A stretch of 63,817 nucleotides of DNA, filler included, from Octopus bimaculoides (GCF_001194135.2; 6 parts of 5 records of this genome joined end to end with filler, not necessarily neighbours in it), one strand, 5' to 3'. Positions 37,273-50,295 are shown, counted from the whole stretch's first letter. Notes: generated by a model from the sequence alone, not told the origin. Numbers and translations: made by a program.

Positions 37273-37499
37273 GTGCTTGGCTCAGAGATTAGGTTGTTCT
37301 TGGGTTCAATTCCTGGGCTGCATGGCTTGATATGTCTTTGAAAAAGCCACTTCATTTCATAGTGTTTCAGTTGTAAGTCAAACCCCAGCCAAGAGCCAGT
37401 GCACCTTTCTCTCCTCCAAAATTTACATCCTAGATGTTTCGCCCTATCAAGAGAACGCTTATATCTGCATGCGACTATATAGGTGCCTAAAGTAATTAG

Positions 37500-37830
37500 C
37501 GAAAGCATGGTACACTCCAGATCGAGTCGCTTCACCACATTGAGAAGTCACAGCTCTGGTACTACGGACATAAGATTAGAATGCCACACAGAAGAATCAC
37601 AAGAGGGATTTTCCAAGCCAAGTCAACAGACAAATCCAGGGGGAAGCCAAGAACAAGATTGCTGGATAATATCCATAGTTTCAATTTCTCACGCATGAAT
37701 TCCAGCCTCGGAAAGTTTAATGATGGTTGCTTTTGGTAGGACCATATGGAGGAGCTGCCTGTGGATTCTACTCCGACGGCTTCCCCAGGAAAATGGATGG
37801 ACGGATGGATGGACGGACGGACGGGCGGAT
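37500..37830 (+). mobile_element. RTE-X/Expander-like LINE 3' end with (GATG)n tail
   Basis: IEKSQLWYYGHKIRMPHRRITRGIFQAKSTDKSRGKPRTRLLDNI resembles RWFGHxxRM..RPRGRPRTRW. Confidence 0.7.
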
Positions 37831-38699
37831 AGATGGTACTAGCTAACAAACCATATTTGGTAGTTCGTTGTACTTTAATGTACTTTGGTAGTTGTTTGCA
37901 CTTTAATATGTATATATGCAGAAGGTTTGCAGGTCAGTTCCTCTGCAGAACAAAATACTAGGAGCTGGTGGTGATGGTGGTGGTGGTGGTGGTGTGTGTG
38001 TGTGTGTGGGGTGTGTGTGCACAAGAACCAGTTAGATAAAGTGTTCAGGTTTGTTATGGAAGCAACAGAGGGTGCTTCAAGGTGACTGTGAATCAGGAGT
38101 GATCCCTGGATAGGATAGTGCCACCAGGGGTAGTGCTAACTGGATATAAGGCAGGGCTTGATCAATCCTGGCTGTGTCATCTAGGTAAGGGTCTCTGATG
38201 ACTGCACTGAGGATATTTCCTGGTGTATCACAGAATGATGTGTGGAAGAAAAACTATAGATAGATAGACAGACACACAGAAAGACAGTCAGACAGACAGA
38301 CAGACAGACAGATACATAGATAGATAGATAGACAGATAGACAGATAGATAGATAGTGACAGACCTGGGACAGGAAGAGCACTAACAAATCATCAAACGGA
38401 TTAGATAAATGACTAGCTACTAATAAGATAAAACCAGAGCGCGTGTCTAATAAAATGATCTTCCTAACATAATTCTGTTTCAACACCAAGAATTTTTCAA
38501 CACAAACAAAAACGATTCATGTGTGTGTTTGCTTGTTTGAATGTGTGCGTATGTGCATGCATATGTGTGCGTGTTTGTGTGGGTGTGCGTATGTGGTTGT
38601 ATGTGTGTGTTCGTGTGTATATTTCTGTATGTGTTTGTGTTGTGTTGTAGTTGTGTTTTGGAATTGCGCCTAATTCATTTGAAATACAAGCCCGAGACT

Positions 38700-38945
38700 A
38701 TAACGGGTTCCATCACCATCGGGACCAAAAGCTTCGAAGTCATCAGAAGAGAAAAGGAAGAAATAAAACGACAGAAGAGAAAGGCTCAACAAAATCAATC
38801 TTGGCGTCAACCAGCATTACCATGGAGTCAATGCCATCGACTCTTCTATCCAAGAATTGGTCTACAGAGTCATAAATGCCACAGAAGAAGCGCTCAGCTG
38901 AGAAGAAACTAAATTCTCCGATACGAGATAAAGCCGACGACCATA
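38700..38945 (+). mobile_element. RTE LINE extreme 3' end with a single degenerate C2H2 motif
   Basis: GTKSFEVIRREKEEIKRQKRK...WSQCHRLFYPRIGLQSH, then a short 3' UTR ending at (TA)n. Confidence 0.65.
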
Positions 38946-39904
38946 TATATATATANNNNNNNNNNNNNNNNNNNNNNNNNNNNNNNNNNNNNNNNNNNNN
39001 NNNNNNNNNNNNNNNNNNNNNNNNNNNNNNNNNNNNNNNNNNNNNNNNNNNNNNNNNNNNNNNNNNNNNNNNNNNNNNNNNNNNNNNNNNNNNNNNNNNN
39101 NNNNNNNNNNNNNNNNNNNNNNNNNNNNNNNNNNNNNNNNNNNNNNNNNNNNNNNNNNNNNNNNNNNNNNNNNNNNNNNNNNNNNNNNNNNNNNNNNNNN
39201 NNNNNNNNNNNNNNNNNNNNNNNNNNNNNNNNNNNNNNNNNNNNNNNNNNNNNNNNNNNNNNNNNNNNNNNNNNNNNNNNNNNNNNNNNNNNNNNNNNNN
39301 NNNNNNNNNNNNNNNNNNNNNNNNNNNNNNNNNNNNNNNNNNNNNNNNNNNNNNNNNNNNNNNNNNNNNNNNNNNNNNNNNNNNNNNNNNNNNNNNNNNN
39401 NNNNNNNNNNNNNNNNNNNNNNNNNNNNNNNNNNNNNNNNNNNNNNNNNNNNNNNNNNNNNNNNNNNNNNNNNNNNNNNNNNNNNNNNNNNNNNNNNNNN
39501 NNNNNNNNNNNNNNNNNNNNNNNNNNNNNNNNNNNNNNNNNNNNNNNNNNNNNNNNNNNNNNNNNNNNNNNNNNNNNNNNNNNNNNNNNNNNNNNNNNNN
39601 NNNNNNNNNNNNNNNNNNNNNNNNNNNNNNNNNNNNNNNNNNNNNNNNNNNNNNNNNNNNNNNNNNNNNNNNNNNNNNNNNNNNNNNNNNNNNNNNNNNN
39701 NNNNNNNNNNNNNNNNNNNNNNNTAAACCATCAACACCCTTGTAAGATTTCACTCTTAGGGGTGCAGACTGGATGGGCCCTCACACAGGACAAAAACCAA
39801 AAACCTATCTAGAAGGGAGGATAAACTTATCAATGAGTCAACCGCCATTCATCAAAGCATAAGGCTTTATCAAATCTATTATCAGCAACGTTGTGTTGAT
39901 GCCA

Positions 39905-40130
39905 TTAACTCGGCAGCGAGCTGGCAGAGTCGTTAGCACGCTGGACGAAATGCATAACGGTATTTTGCGCGTCGCTACGTTCTGAGTCCAAATTCCGCCG
40001 AGGTCGACTTTGCCTTTCATCCTTTCAGGGCCGATGAATTGAGTACCAGTGAAACATTGGGGTCGATATAAGCAACTAGTCCCCTCCCCACAAATTTGAG
40101 GACTTGTTCCTCCAGCGGAAAGGATTATTC
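39905..40130 (+). mobile_element. Full-length MetaSINE-like SINE
   Basis: A-box gctggcagagtcgttagc, B-box-like gagtccaaattc, core gaggtcgactttgcctttcatcctttc. Confidence 0.85.
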
Positions 40131-40202
40131 ATAGTAATATTTTTAAGCGCAGTAGTGTCTATGTGGTAAGTAGCTTGCTTACCAACCACATGGTTCTGGG
40201 TT

Positions 40203-40346
40203 CAGTCCCACTGCGTGGCAGTCCCACTGCGTGGCAGTCCCACTGCGTGGCAGTCCCACTGCGTGGCAGTCCCACTGCGTGGCAGTCCCACTGCGTGGAA
40301 GTCCCACTGTGTGGCAGTCCCACTGCGTGGCAGTCCCACTGCGTGG
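40203..40346 (+). repeat. Minisatellite: 9 x 16-bp cagtcccactgcgtgg inside a CORE-like SINE
   Basis: Eight exact units plus one variant (aagtcccactgtgtgg, unit 7). The SINE head lies at about 40145-40202 and caccttg resumes at 40347. Confidence 0.95.
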
Positions 40347-40723
40347 CACCTTGTCCCAGAATGGGACAAGAACGCAAAACATCAAGACAGTTAGGTGATA
40401 TAAGAAAGGGACAAAACATCCAGACAGACGATACAAAGAAAACAAGNNNNNNNNNNTTCGACTAAAGGTAGTGCTCCAGCATGGCCGCAGTCAAATGACT
40501 GAAACAAGTAAAAGAATAAAAGAATAAAAGAATACATGTATACATACGGTGTTAGACTCTTTGAATACATCGTCTGCTGGATATAAATAGAGATGGGTAG
40601 ATAGATAAAGAATTAGATAAACACGATTGTATGGCGACCTGTATGCGCTTCATATATTTTTTCTGTATGTATAAATGAACGCTTATAAGCAAGTGTGCAT
40701 GCATATAAATACATATATGTAAG

Positions 40724-40762
<39 letters not shown>

Positions 40763-41009
40763 ATACAGAGATGTATGTATAAAGATGTATACGTGTGTAT
40801 ATGTGTGTGATGTAATGTATAAAGAGTATGCTAAAGTGTGTGTATGTTTTTTTTATATCAATCAAAGAACGCAATTATGTATGTTTTATTGAATAGATAT
40901 GTACGTATATATGTGTGGATGGACGATAACAAAGGACATATGGACTCACAAAGACACACACACACAGACGTAAACATGTGGATATGCTTATACTCATTTA
41001 CTCAAAGTT

Positions 41010-41075
<66 letters not shown>

Positions 41076-41165
41076 NNNNNNNNNNNNNNNNNNNNNNNNN
41101 NNNNNNNNNNNNNNNNNNNNNNNNNNNNNNNNNNNNNNNNNNNNNNNNNNNNNNNNNNNNNAGTT

Positions 41166-41225
<60 letters not shown>

Positions 41226-41228
41226 AAG

Positions 41229-41263
<35 letters not shown>

Positions 41264-41786
41264 GAGATAGAGAGAGAGGGAGTGAGAGAAGGAATGGAGG
41301 TGAGCGGAGTGAGACTGGTGTAAGGGGAGGTAATAAGTCATTATTTGTGTCTCAGAGTTGCATTGGAAACCTTTTTTTCCTTTCTTTCTTCGTCCCGAAC
41401 AAAGCTTGTATCCTAGAATTAGCTAAATCATTCCCTATTTATTCATTTCTATCTTCCACCTTTCCTTTCTTTCTTTCTTTCTCATTTCATTCAATATATT
41501 TACGTTTACACACTGACAAGGACATACACACATACAAATATACTCCCTCTCTCCCTCTCATATATAGATATATACATACATAAAAACACGTTTATATATA
41601 TACATACACACATATATAAATACAAACATGCTTATACATACATGCACACACACACATACACACACATATACATACATACATATATATATATATGTTATGC
41701 ATGTATATATGTACACACACATACACGTATGAATATATCTTTATATACTATTCATATATTTATTCATGCATATATATATATATATT

Positions 41787-41835
<49 letters not shown>

Positions 41836-41858
41836 ACACATATACATAAAAATACTTT

Positions 41859-41894
<36 letters not shown>

Positions 41895-41919
41895 TATGCA
41901 TGTGTATCACATATTATAC

Positions 41920-41950
<31 letters not shown>

Positions 41951-41960
41951 NNNNNNNNNN

Positions 41961-42015
<55 letters not shown>

Positions 42016-42590
42016 TACATATATATATATACATATCCCTCTTTATCATATTCCCCCTTCTTTTGCCTTCTCTTTGTCCTCATCGTATTGCAAGAAAGAT
42101 TTTTGGTCAACTTGTTTACAGTCGAATTCCGTCCATTTTTCGGAGCTCACGAAGTTCTTTATAGAAGTTTTTTCAGAAAATTTTTGCGTCTTTATTTAAA
42201 TATACGTATATGCTTTAATTTCCTTTGCAGTTTTTTCTTTCATTTTTTTTCCTTCTCTAATAAGATATTTTCTTTATCATCGGTGTCCGCGTTCAACCCG
42301 TAGGTTTGCGCAGCATGTTTACGCCACACGTTCGACTATGAAAGCCAATCCGGCCGTGACGTAATCAAACTATTTTCACCGTCGTCGTCGTAGAGGACAG
42401 CGCAACCTTGTAAAGGGAGCTTACTCCGTTATATCATGACTACATACATTCACAAATATATACATGCACGCTTACATATATACATACATGCATACATACG
42501 CAGAGTTACACGCAGAGACTCACATATATAAACATAAAAACAAACACACACATATTCACACACATGCTATGTATTCAATATACGCTGTAC

Positions 42591-42621
<31 letters not shown>

Positions 42622-42632
42622 TATCCACATAC

Positions 42633-43070
42633 TTTTTCTTCTTTTTCTTCTTCTTCTTCTTCTTCATCTTTTTCTTCTTCTTCTTCTTTTTCTGCTTCTT
42701 CTTCTTCTTCTTCTTCTTCTTCTTCTTCACCTTCTTCTTCTTCTTCTTCTTCTTCTTCTTCTTCTTCTTCTTCTTCTTCTTCTTCTTCTTCTTCTTCTTG
42801 TTCTTGTTCTTCTTCATCTTCCTTTACTTCTTCTCCTTCTTACTTTTCTTCTTCCCCTTCTTCTTCTTCTTCTTCTTCTTCTCCTCCTCCCTCTTCTTCC
42901 TTTTCTCACTTCTTTTTCTTCTTCTTCTCTTCTTCTTCTCTTCCTCTTCTTCTTTTCCTCCTCCTCCTCCTTTTTCTTTCTCCTCTTTTTACTTTCTCGC
43001 CTTCATAATCTTCTTCTTCTTCGTCTTCTTCTATTCCTTCACCGTCTTTCTTTTCTCTTCCTCCTCCCAC
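42633..43070. repeat. (CTT)n polypyrimidine tract
   Basis: About 440 bp of near-pure pyrimidine; the source of the poly-L/F/K ORFs. Confidence 0.95.
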
Positions 43071-43749
43071 AACTTGTGTTGTGGGTGATGAGAAGGAAAA
43101 TGGCGATGAAGATTCTGCAGATGGTGGTGGTGGTGGTGGTGGTGGTGGTGGTGGTATGTAGCAACAAGGAGTGTCAGACATGAGTGGAGACGACAGTTCT
43201 GCAGGGTAGTGGCTGGGGGAAAAAGAAGGGGTGGGACCAGCGGCCAAGTGAATGGATCGATGGATGTATGGATGGACGGGTGGATGGATGGGTGGATGGG
43301 TAGGTGGATGGGTGGATGGGCGGATAAATACATGAATGGGTGGTGGAAGCGATAGAGGGGTGGATGGTTAGTTGGATTGATGAATGGATCGTAGGATGGG
43401 TAGATGGACGGGTGGATGGATATGTTACTTAGAGCGGTAAGACTGAAGGAAAGGGAGAAGATTGGAAAGAGAGGAAGAAACAAAACAAAAGAATGAGAAG
43501 TAAGAGGACAGAGATAAGGAGAAGAAGAAGAAGACATAGCAATGGCTGTGTAGAGATGATAGACAGCGAATGTTTATTCTGGAAAATAAACAACTCAGCA
43601 AAGTGAATCATCAATTGAAAAGATTTTTATTTATAAGTTTGTTGTCACAATTTTTCATCTTTATATCTTTGTCATCTTCTTCGCCATCTTTTTTCATTTT
43701 CTGACTTCTCTTTCATCCAATTCTATTATTATTATTATTATTATTATTA

Positions 43750-43970
43750 CGGATGTGAGTTGGCAGAATTGTTATCGCATCGGACAAAATGGTTAGTGGC
43801 ATTCCGTCCGTGTTTACGTTCTGAGTTCAAATTCCGCCAAAGTCGACTTTGCTTTTCATCCTTTCGGGGTCGATAAATTAAGTACCAATGAAACACTGGG
43901 GTCGATGTAATCGACTCGTCTCCTCCCCCCAAATTTCAGACTTTGTGCCTTTAGGAAAAAGGATTAGTAT
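43750..43970 (+). mobile_element. Full-length MetaSINE-like SINE
   Basis: gagttggcagaattgtta...gagttcaaattccgccaaagtcgactttgcttttcatcctttcggggtcgataaattaagtacc. Confidence 0.85.
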
Positions 43971-43980
43971 CATTATTATT

Positions 43981-44189
43981 ATATGTTTGACTTTTGCTTT
44001 ATATTTGTACAAGTTGACTCCAGGTCTCACCCAGAGACATCAAGGGACAACAAGTTAGAAGTTCAAGTTGGTGTTATGCCTAGGGTGTCATATATTTGGT
44101 TTTGCACAAAGTATTGTTCTGGAGAATGTTTAAGAAAACAAGAAAATTAAAAGCTTGTTTTAAAATTTGAGATTACATAGACAGTATTT
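43981..44189 (-). mobile_element. Probable R4/Dong-like 3' end (last codons plus 3' UTR)
   Basis: Minus strand KILSM* followed by a UTR ending caaaagtcaaacat and (AAT)3. Little coding sequence is visible because of the gap. Confidence 0.45.
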
Positions 44190-44207
44190 TNNNNNNNNNN
44201 NNNNNNN

Positions 44208-44241
<34 letters not shown>

Positions 44242-45167
44242 GCTGTTATTGTCCAAAATCGTAAAAAACGTAATTAAACTTGTTTTTGTTAAATAATTCA
44301 ACGGAGAGGGGTCCAAAATCCGTGGGACATTTATCTTCAAAAGGTCCACAGCATCAATGGAGAGTACTGTGCCAACTTGCAGAGGCAGCTACGAAAGCCG
44401 TAAAGACAAAAGGCCCAGGAAAACTGACGAAAGTGATCTTGTTTCATCAGGGCGATGCCCCTGCACACAACTCCTTGGTTTCAATGGCTGCTGTGCGTGA
44501 CTGTGGCTTTAAACTGGTTGATCGCCCTCTCTATTATCCATACATACATGGCCCCATCTGACTATCATCTGTTCCCCAGCATGAAAAAACTCCTTACTGG
44601 GAACTGGTATCGCAGTGACGATGATGTTGTTATTGCTGTTGATGAGTATTTTGATAAACGGGATGAAAACTTCTTCACCAACGGTTTAGAAGTGTTTGGA
44701 CTGCAAGGGGACTATAATATACCTCATTGCATGAAACTATCTCTTGTTCAGCCGACCCTCGTAGTCGAGTATTGTCAGTCTGTCTGTCAAACTGATATTA
44801 CCTGCACATGTGCATGACATGCTTGATGACAAAATGATTGCAGAACAACATGTTATGAAGATTTTTGCTGAAGTTTTTTGCTCAACTGCGCCCCACACGT
44901 AATAATCAAGGGAGTTTGCAGTCATTGAAACCAAGGAGTTGTGTGCAGGGGCATCGCCCTGATGAAACAAGATCACTTTCGTCAGTTTTCCTGGGCCTTT
45001 TGTCTTTACGGCTTTCGTAGCTGCCTCTGCAAGTTGGCACAGTACTCTCCATTGATGCTGTGGACCTTTTGAAGATAAATGTCCCACGGATTTTGGACCC
45101 CTCTCCGTTGAATTATTTAACAAAAACAAGTTTAATTACGTTTTTTACGATTTTGGACAATAACAGC

Positions 45168-45199
<32 letters not shown>
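44208..45199. repeat. Apparently perfect ~277-bp inverted repeat (44208-44486 / 44923-45199), 436-bp spacer
   Basis: Base-by-base reading shows no mismatch between the arms apart from (TAT)n length. Confidence 0.9.
44320..44700 (+). mobile_element. Mariner (irritans-like) catalytic-domain fragment
   Basis: SINGEYCANL..KGPGKLTKVILFHQGDAPAHNS..MAPSDYHLFPSMKK..YRSDDDVVIAVDEYF. Confidence 0.85.
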
Positions 45200-45200
<1 letters not shown>

Positions 45201-46412
45201 TACCAACAAAAATAATTGGTAAGCTAACTCAAAAAATCATCACCAAAATAGCAGAAAAAAAACAACAGTGAAGGTATGCAGACTCTTCAAGAATCGATCC
45301 TTTTGGTTATATTAATAATAATAAAGGAGTTACGACGCAAAAAAGTATAAATTCAAATGAACATATTTATCTTCTTCAATATATATTTCAGTATAAAGAA
45401 TTCATTAAGCGACTTAAACAAAATTTCTTTACACATCATTCAGGAATAAATATAACATCAGAAAAAATACATTCCGTTTAAAAACACAAACCGTTCATGA
45501 CGAAAACATTTCACAATTACAAAAGCCGAACAAAATTTTTAAAGTTTTAGCAAAAAGAACGCTATTACCTACATACATTTATATTTGTATATATATGTAC
45601 ATATATATGTATAAATGTATATTTCGCATAAAACCGATGTAATTCATTTTACCTGGTCATCTTGAAGCGTTGCTGTAACTTCTGCCTCTTTGACGATGAA
45701 GCTGATCATACACAACTGGTCAAGTGGTCAAGTGAACAAGCTTCATGTTTGCACAGTTACAGCTGGGAGTGGATTTTTGATGATGCTCACGCTTGATGAT
45801 GTTTATCATGTTGGGGCAGCAGTACTACGGTATTTTAATCAAGCGTCTGTTAAAAATCTTCCTTTATATGGTTTACTGCAAAACGCTTGTCTAGAACAGA
45901 GAGGAATTTCTTGCCTACGTTAGTTTCAACATTTAGAGGTGTGTGTGTGTGTATGAGAGAGAGAGAGAGAGAGAGAGTGTATGTGTGTGTGGGAGGATGG
46001 TATTAGTTTCCTTTGTGTATTTTTAGGTCTATTTTGCAACAACCTTCTCAGTTTTTCTCGTGATTTCTCGTATGTCAGCGTCATCATGACTTTCAGATAG
46101 AACAGACCATGTGTTCAGAGCCAGCGGATTGCTTGGAGATATAATGGCATGTTATGAAACCTGCCTAGACACGTGTCTTCAGAGCCAAGAAAAAAAAAGA
46201 AAAAAAACTATTAGCGTTTCGTATCTTTATTCAGTGTGCATTAAATGATATCTCTCACTGGATTGAGTACATTCTATTGATTTTACCTTAACGGAACACA
46301 TGCATACATATACATTTATATACATACATGCACACACACACACACACATACATACATACATACATACATACATACATACTTACATACATATATACAAACA
46401 TACGTAATACAT

Positions 46413-46445
<33 letters not shown>

Positions 46446-47058
46446 CATACATATATACATATACGTATATATGTAATATATATAATATGTATATACGTAC
46501 ACGATAGTTTAATCTTTGTCTGAATGTCGCAATGACGTGATACTCAAGTCGTGAGACAAATATGTTCATTATAAATATGCATGTGTGTATGTATGTATGT
46601 ATGTATGTATGTATGTATGTATGTGTGTATATATATATTATATANNNNNNNNNNNNNNNNNNNNNNNNNNNNNNNNNNNNNNNNNNNNNNNNNNNNNNNN
46701 NNNNNNNNNNNNNNNNNNNNNNNNNNNNNNNNNNNNNNNNNNNNNNNNNNNNNNNNNNNNNNNNNNNNNNNNNNNNNNNNNNNNNNNNNNNNNNNNNNNN
46801 NNNNNNNNNNNNNNNNNNNNNNNNNNNNNNNNNNNNNNNNNNNNNNNNNNNNNNNNNNNNNNNNNNNNNNNNNNNNNNNNNNNNNNNNNNNNNNNGGAAC
46901 ACTTTAATGATACCTTGCTGATCTTGATGTTGAATGCGCGCGTGCGCGGACATTCTTACACGCACGCATGCATACACACACGAACGAAAATATGCAAATT
47001 TCTGTTTCTCTGTCTGTCTAACTGTTCTCTATCTTTTATCTTTCTCTCTAATTACAAA

Positions 47059-47099
<41 letters not shown>

Positions 47100-47279
47100 G
47101 TGTGTGCGTGTGCGTGTGCGTGTATGAGTCTGTATGTATATGTGTGTGTGTATGTTTTTTGTGCTTGTATACGTATATATTTATCTATATATGTGTCTAT
47201 ATATCTTTTTCAAACAACTTTGCAGATGCAAGTGCTACCAGTTGAAAGCTCTGCATACCAGGCGCTAGCAAGTTTATGG

Positions 47280-48560
47280 GATCATTAGGAAAGAATGCGC
47301 GCCGTTTCGGGGCCTACCTCTCAACGGCTTCATTGTGCACCGGCCCCCTTGCAATGAGGCTCCACTTGATAGGTCAACTGGTTATCATATACAGCTCAAT
47401 ATTTCTCTAGCCATCGTTCACCGTCTCTTTTTAACCAAATCCAGTGGCTAGCCTTCTCCACTGTAGTTTGAATATCACTCATGGTGGTATTTGCTTCACG
47501 ATGCGTCAGGCCTGACGACAACAGTCACCTCGCACTGTGTCCTACAAACCCTCTTCATCCAACTTCGATCGGAAAATGCTCCGCTTTCTAGCCTGAGTAT
47601 GGAAAATGCTCTGCTTTCCAGCCCGCATCTTCACATTCCTCGAGGAGGTTTACATAACAGTCAATCTTTCGAGCCTGAGCGGCGTCCATGTTATCTCCAT
47701 GAGGAATCGTTAACTCGACTAGATTTACCACTTCCTTTCTTTCACACCATATTATGATATATAGTTTCTTCGTAACTTGAATGGGAAAGAAAAATTGGCA
47801 CCCTGGTAAATTTGCAGCCGTTCCACTTCTTATTGCTCACAGGAAGTTTCTTCTTCAAATTGATTTGCTGTCCTGAGCGTATGAAGGTAAGGAAATCTCT
47901 AGTTGTGCCACTGTTGATGAGAGCAATTTGGTTCTTTAGAACATTGAAGATAACCTTAAGGACCAAATTGTGTTTCCATGTATATCTATTCAATGCCGGT
48001 GAACAGTTGGAAAGAATATTTCACCTCTGCATATTTCATTTTCTGATACGTTCCCATCTTACTAGGTTTATAGGCGATGGTAAGACATTGTAGGATGAAC
48101 GAATCAGAACATTTAGACGCGATGTAGACTAATTGCATATTTCATTTCAACTTATTTTTCTCTCAACAGCGTTTTCGTCCTGTTTCGTCATCTGTCTTTG
48201 TTGAGAGAATTGGATGAAATGAAACTCTCTTCTCTCTGTTTCCCTTGCTTTGACGCTGTTGCTAACAACAAATCTGCGTTCGCTCTGCATCATGCTTGCA
48301 AACGGTCTGAACCGATTTGTGCCTGATCCAAGTCCCTTCCGATGAATTTACGTTGCATCCACCATATCTCGGTGTCTAAGTGAATACAGGATGTCATCTG
48401 TCTCTGCTTCTGCTGTCCACTTCCTGTTAGAGGAAGTTAAAGACGACAGAGTTAAATATCTGCTCCTTAAATACGCTTTCCTTTTATCACCTTTGATGAC
48501 CATAAGCTTAGTTTTCGTGGCTGCTTTCGCGGATTCCCATGTCTCTCTGTCGCCATCCAA
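47280..48560 (-). mobile_element. HERO-like RLE non-LTR retrotransposon, C-terminal part, degenerate
   Basis: NRKWTAEAE..SLRHRDMV, NVLPSPINLVRW, NILSNCSPALNRYTWKHNLVL, IIIW..VNLVELTIPHGDNMDAAQARK..GWKAEHFP..IEVG.RGFVG. The PD of the PD-(D/E)xK motif is lost. Confidence 0.75.
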
Positions 48561-49489
48561 TTCTGTTATTGTGTATTTGAATTGGAAACTTGAGTCATAG
48601 TGATTCTTTCATTAGCTGATTACACAAGCCCGAACGCTGCCCCGATAGTGCGATGCAGTTACTCTCTTGATAAAGATTGGTCACCTTGACCGTTGATCTT
48701 CTAGGATTCCTCCGCTCAGTGTCAATGTAAGTTGGTTCAGTTGAGCTCTTCTGTTACCTATTCACAATCCGCCATGCTGCAGTCCCATGACTTTTTCCGA
48801 TTCCCTGGCAGGGTGGTTGAACAGGTGGTATGTCTTGCCAAAGAGTAACCTGTAACTATGCCACTCTGTGAGGCATTTTCAAGGTCCTCGTATACTCATA
48901 GTTTTCGTAACAGCCCTAAATGAAGACTTATTATTCCAGTAAAAACTGAGATCGGAATTATTAGTTAGAATATATTCAGTTTTACATAAAAAAAATGTTA
49001 AAGCATTTTCCTTATGGGATAACAGTAATTATCGAATGGTTTGAAATATTAATGATAAATGTAGATTCACTTTATTCAATACTGTTAAACGTTATCTACA
49101 AGAAAACCAGTTATTCCTAAAATTTTTCATATTTGCAAAGAACCGTCTTACAAACAAGAAGTGATTAGGACATTAATATCTTGTTACATATGAGGAAATT
49201 TATGCTTTTGTTCTCTGAAAATTCGATAGCGGTTAAGAAAAGCGACGTTGAGTTGGATGAATTTATAGGAGGTGTCAGCTTTTCGGAATATGGACGACTA
49301 CAAATTAGATAGATTAGATTTAATAAGATTCTTCAGTGGAGTGAGCTTAAAATAGAAATTAACCTTAAAACATATGTTAAGTTCTCAAGATGCCCTTTTA
49401 GACTGAAAGACTAGAAATCAATCTATATTAGCAAAGGCCATAAATATTCACCTTTCATTGTTCGGGATTTAGTTTCCAATATAATAAGA

Positions 49490-49720
49490 GTATAAGGCGG
49501 CGAGCTGGCAGAGTCGTTCGCACGCCGGACAAAATGCTAGCAGTAGTTCAGCCGTCGTGACATTCTGAAATCAAATTCCACCGAGGTCGACTTAATCTTC
49601 CATCCTTTTGGAGTCAATAAAATAAATACCAGTTGAGTACTGGGATCGATGTAATCAACTTAACCCCTCCCCCGAATTTGCTGGCTTTGTGCCAAAATTT
49701 GAAACCAATATAAAAAGATT
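49490..49720 (+). mobile_element. Full-length MetaSINE-like SINE
   Basis: taaggcggcgagctggcagagtcgtt...gaggtcgacttaatcttccatccttttggagtcaataaaataaataccag...gtgccaaaatttgaaacc. Confidence 0.85.
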
Positions 49721-50295
49721 ATCTCATTCACATCAATAGATGAAGCTACCTTAAACCCTACATTATCCTCCTACAGCAAGGTACTCCTCTTCAGTGGTTT
49801 TTCAGATTGAATCCATATACAGCTAATTCTGTGGGTCAAAAAGTAGAAGTAGGAATATTATCCGAAAAATGATTTGGTTTAAAACGGCTTTCAGTCTTAA
49901 TGTAGAAATAAAATGAGTTAGAGAATACCTTAATGTAACAATCTCATAGAATCTTTAACAGAATTCAATTGTAAGGTTTCCTAAAAGATTTTAATTGCTA
50001 TGAAGCCAGAAACTCTCGCTGGTTATTGTTAGCGAAAGGGAAAGCATGCTGCACAAAAGTACAAACTGACATTAGTAACTTGTACAAAGTGGGGACTAAG
50101 TTAAGGGAAGTATACTCAAAAGTCGACTTTAAATGCCTATGAATGCACTTAAGCATACATATAGACGTAAGCGTGACTGTGTTCTAAGAAGTTTGCTTCC
50201 CAACAACATGGTTTCGGGTTCAATCTTCTACAATAGCCCAAGGCCCACTAAAGCCTTGTGGGTTGGTTTGGTAGACAGAAACTGCAAGAAAACCG

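Noticed and set aside
40203-40346. CRISPR-like array
   Set aside because: The units are contiguous with no unique spacers, lie inside a SINE in eukaryotic DNA, and there are no cas genes.
42464-43183. Poly-Leu/Phe/Lys and other homopolymeric ORFs (also poly-I, S, T, H, M, YI, CV, RE elsewhere)
   Set aside because: They are translations of microsatellites, with no domain content or splice context.
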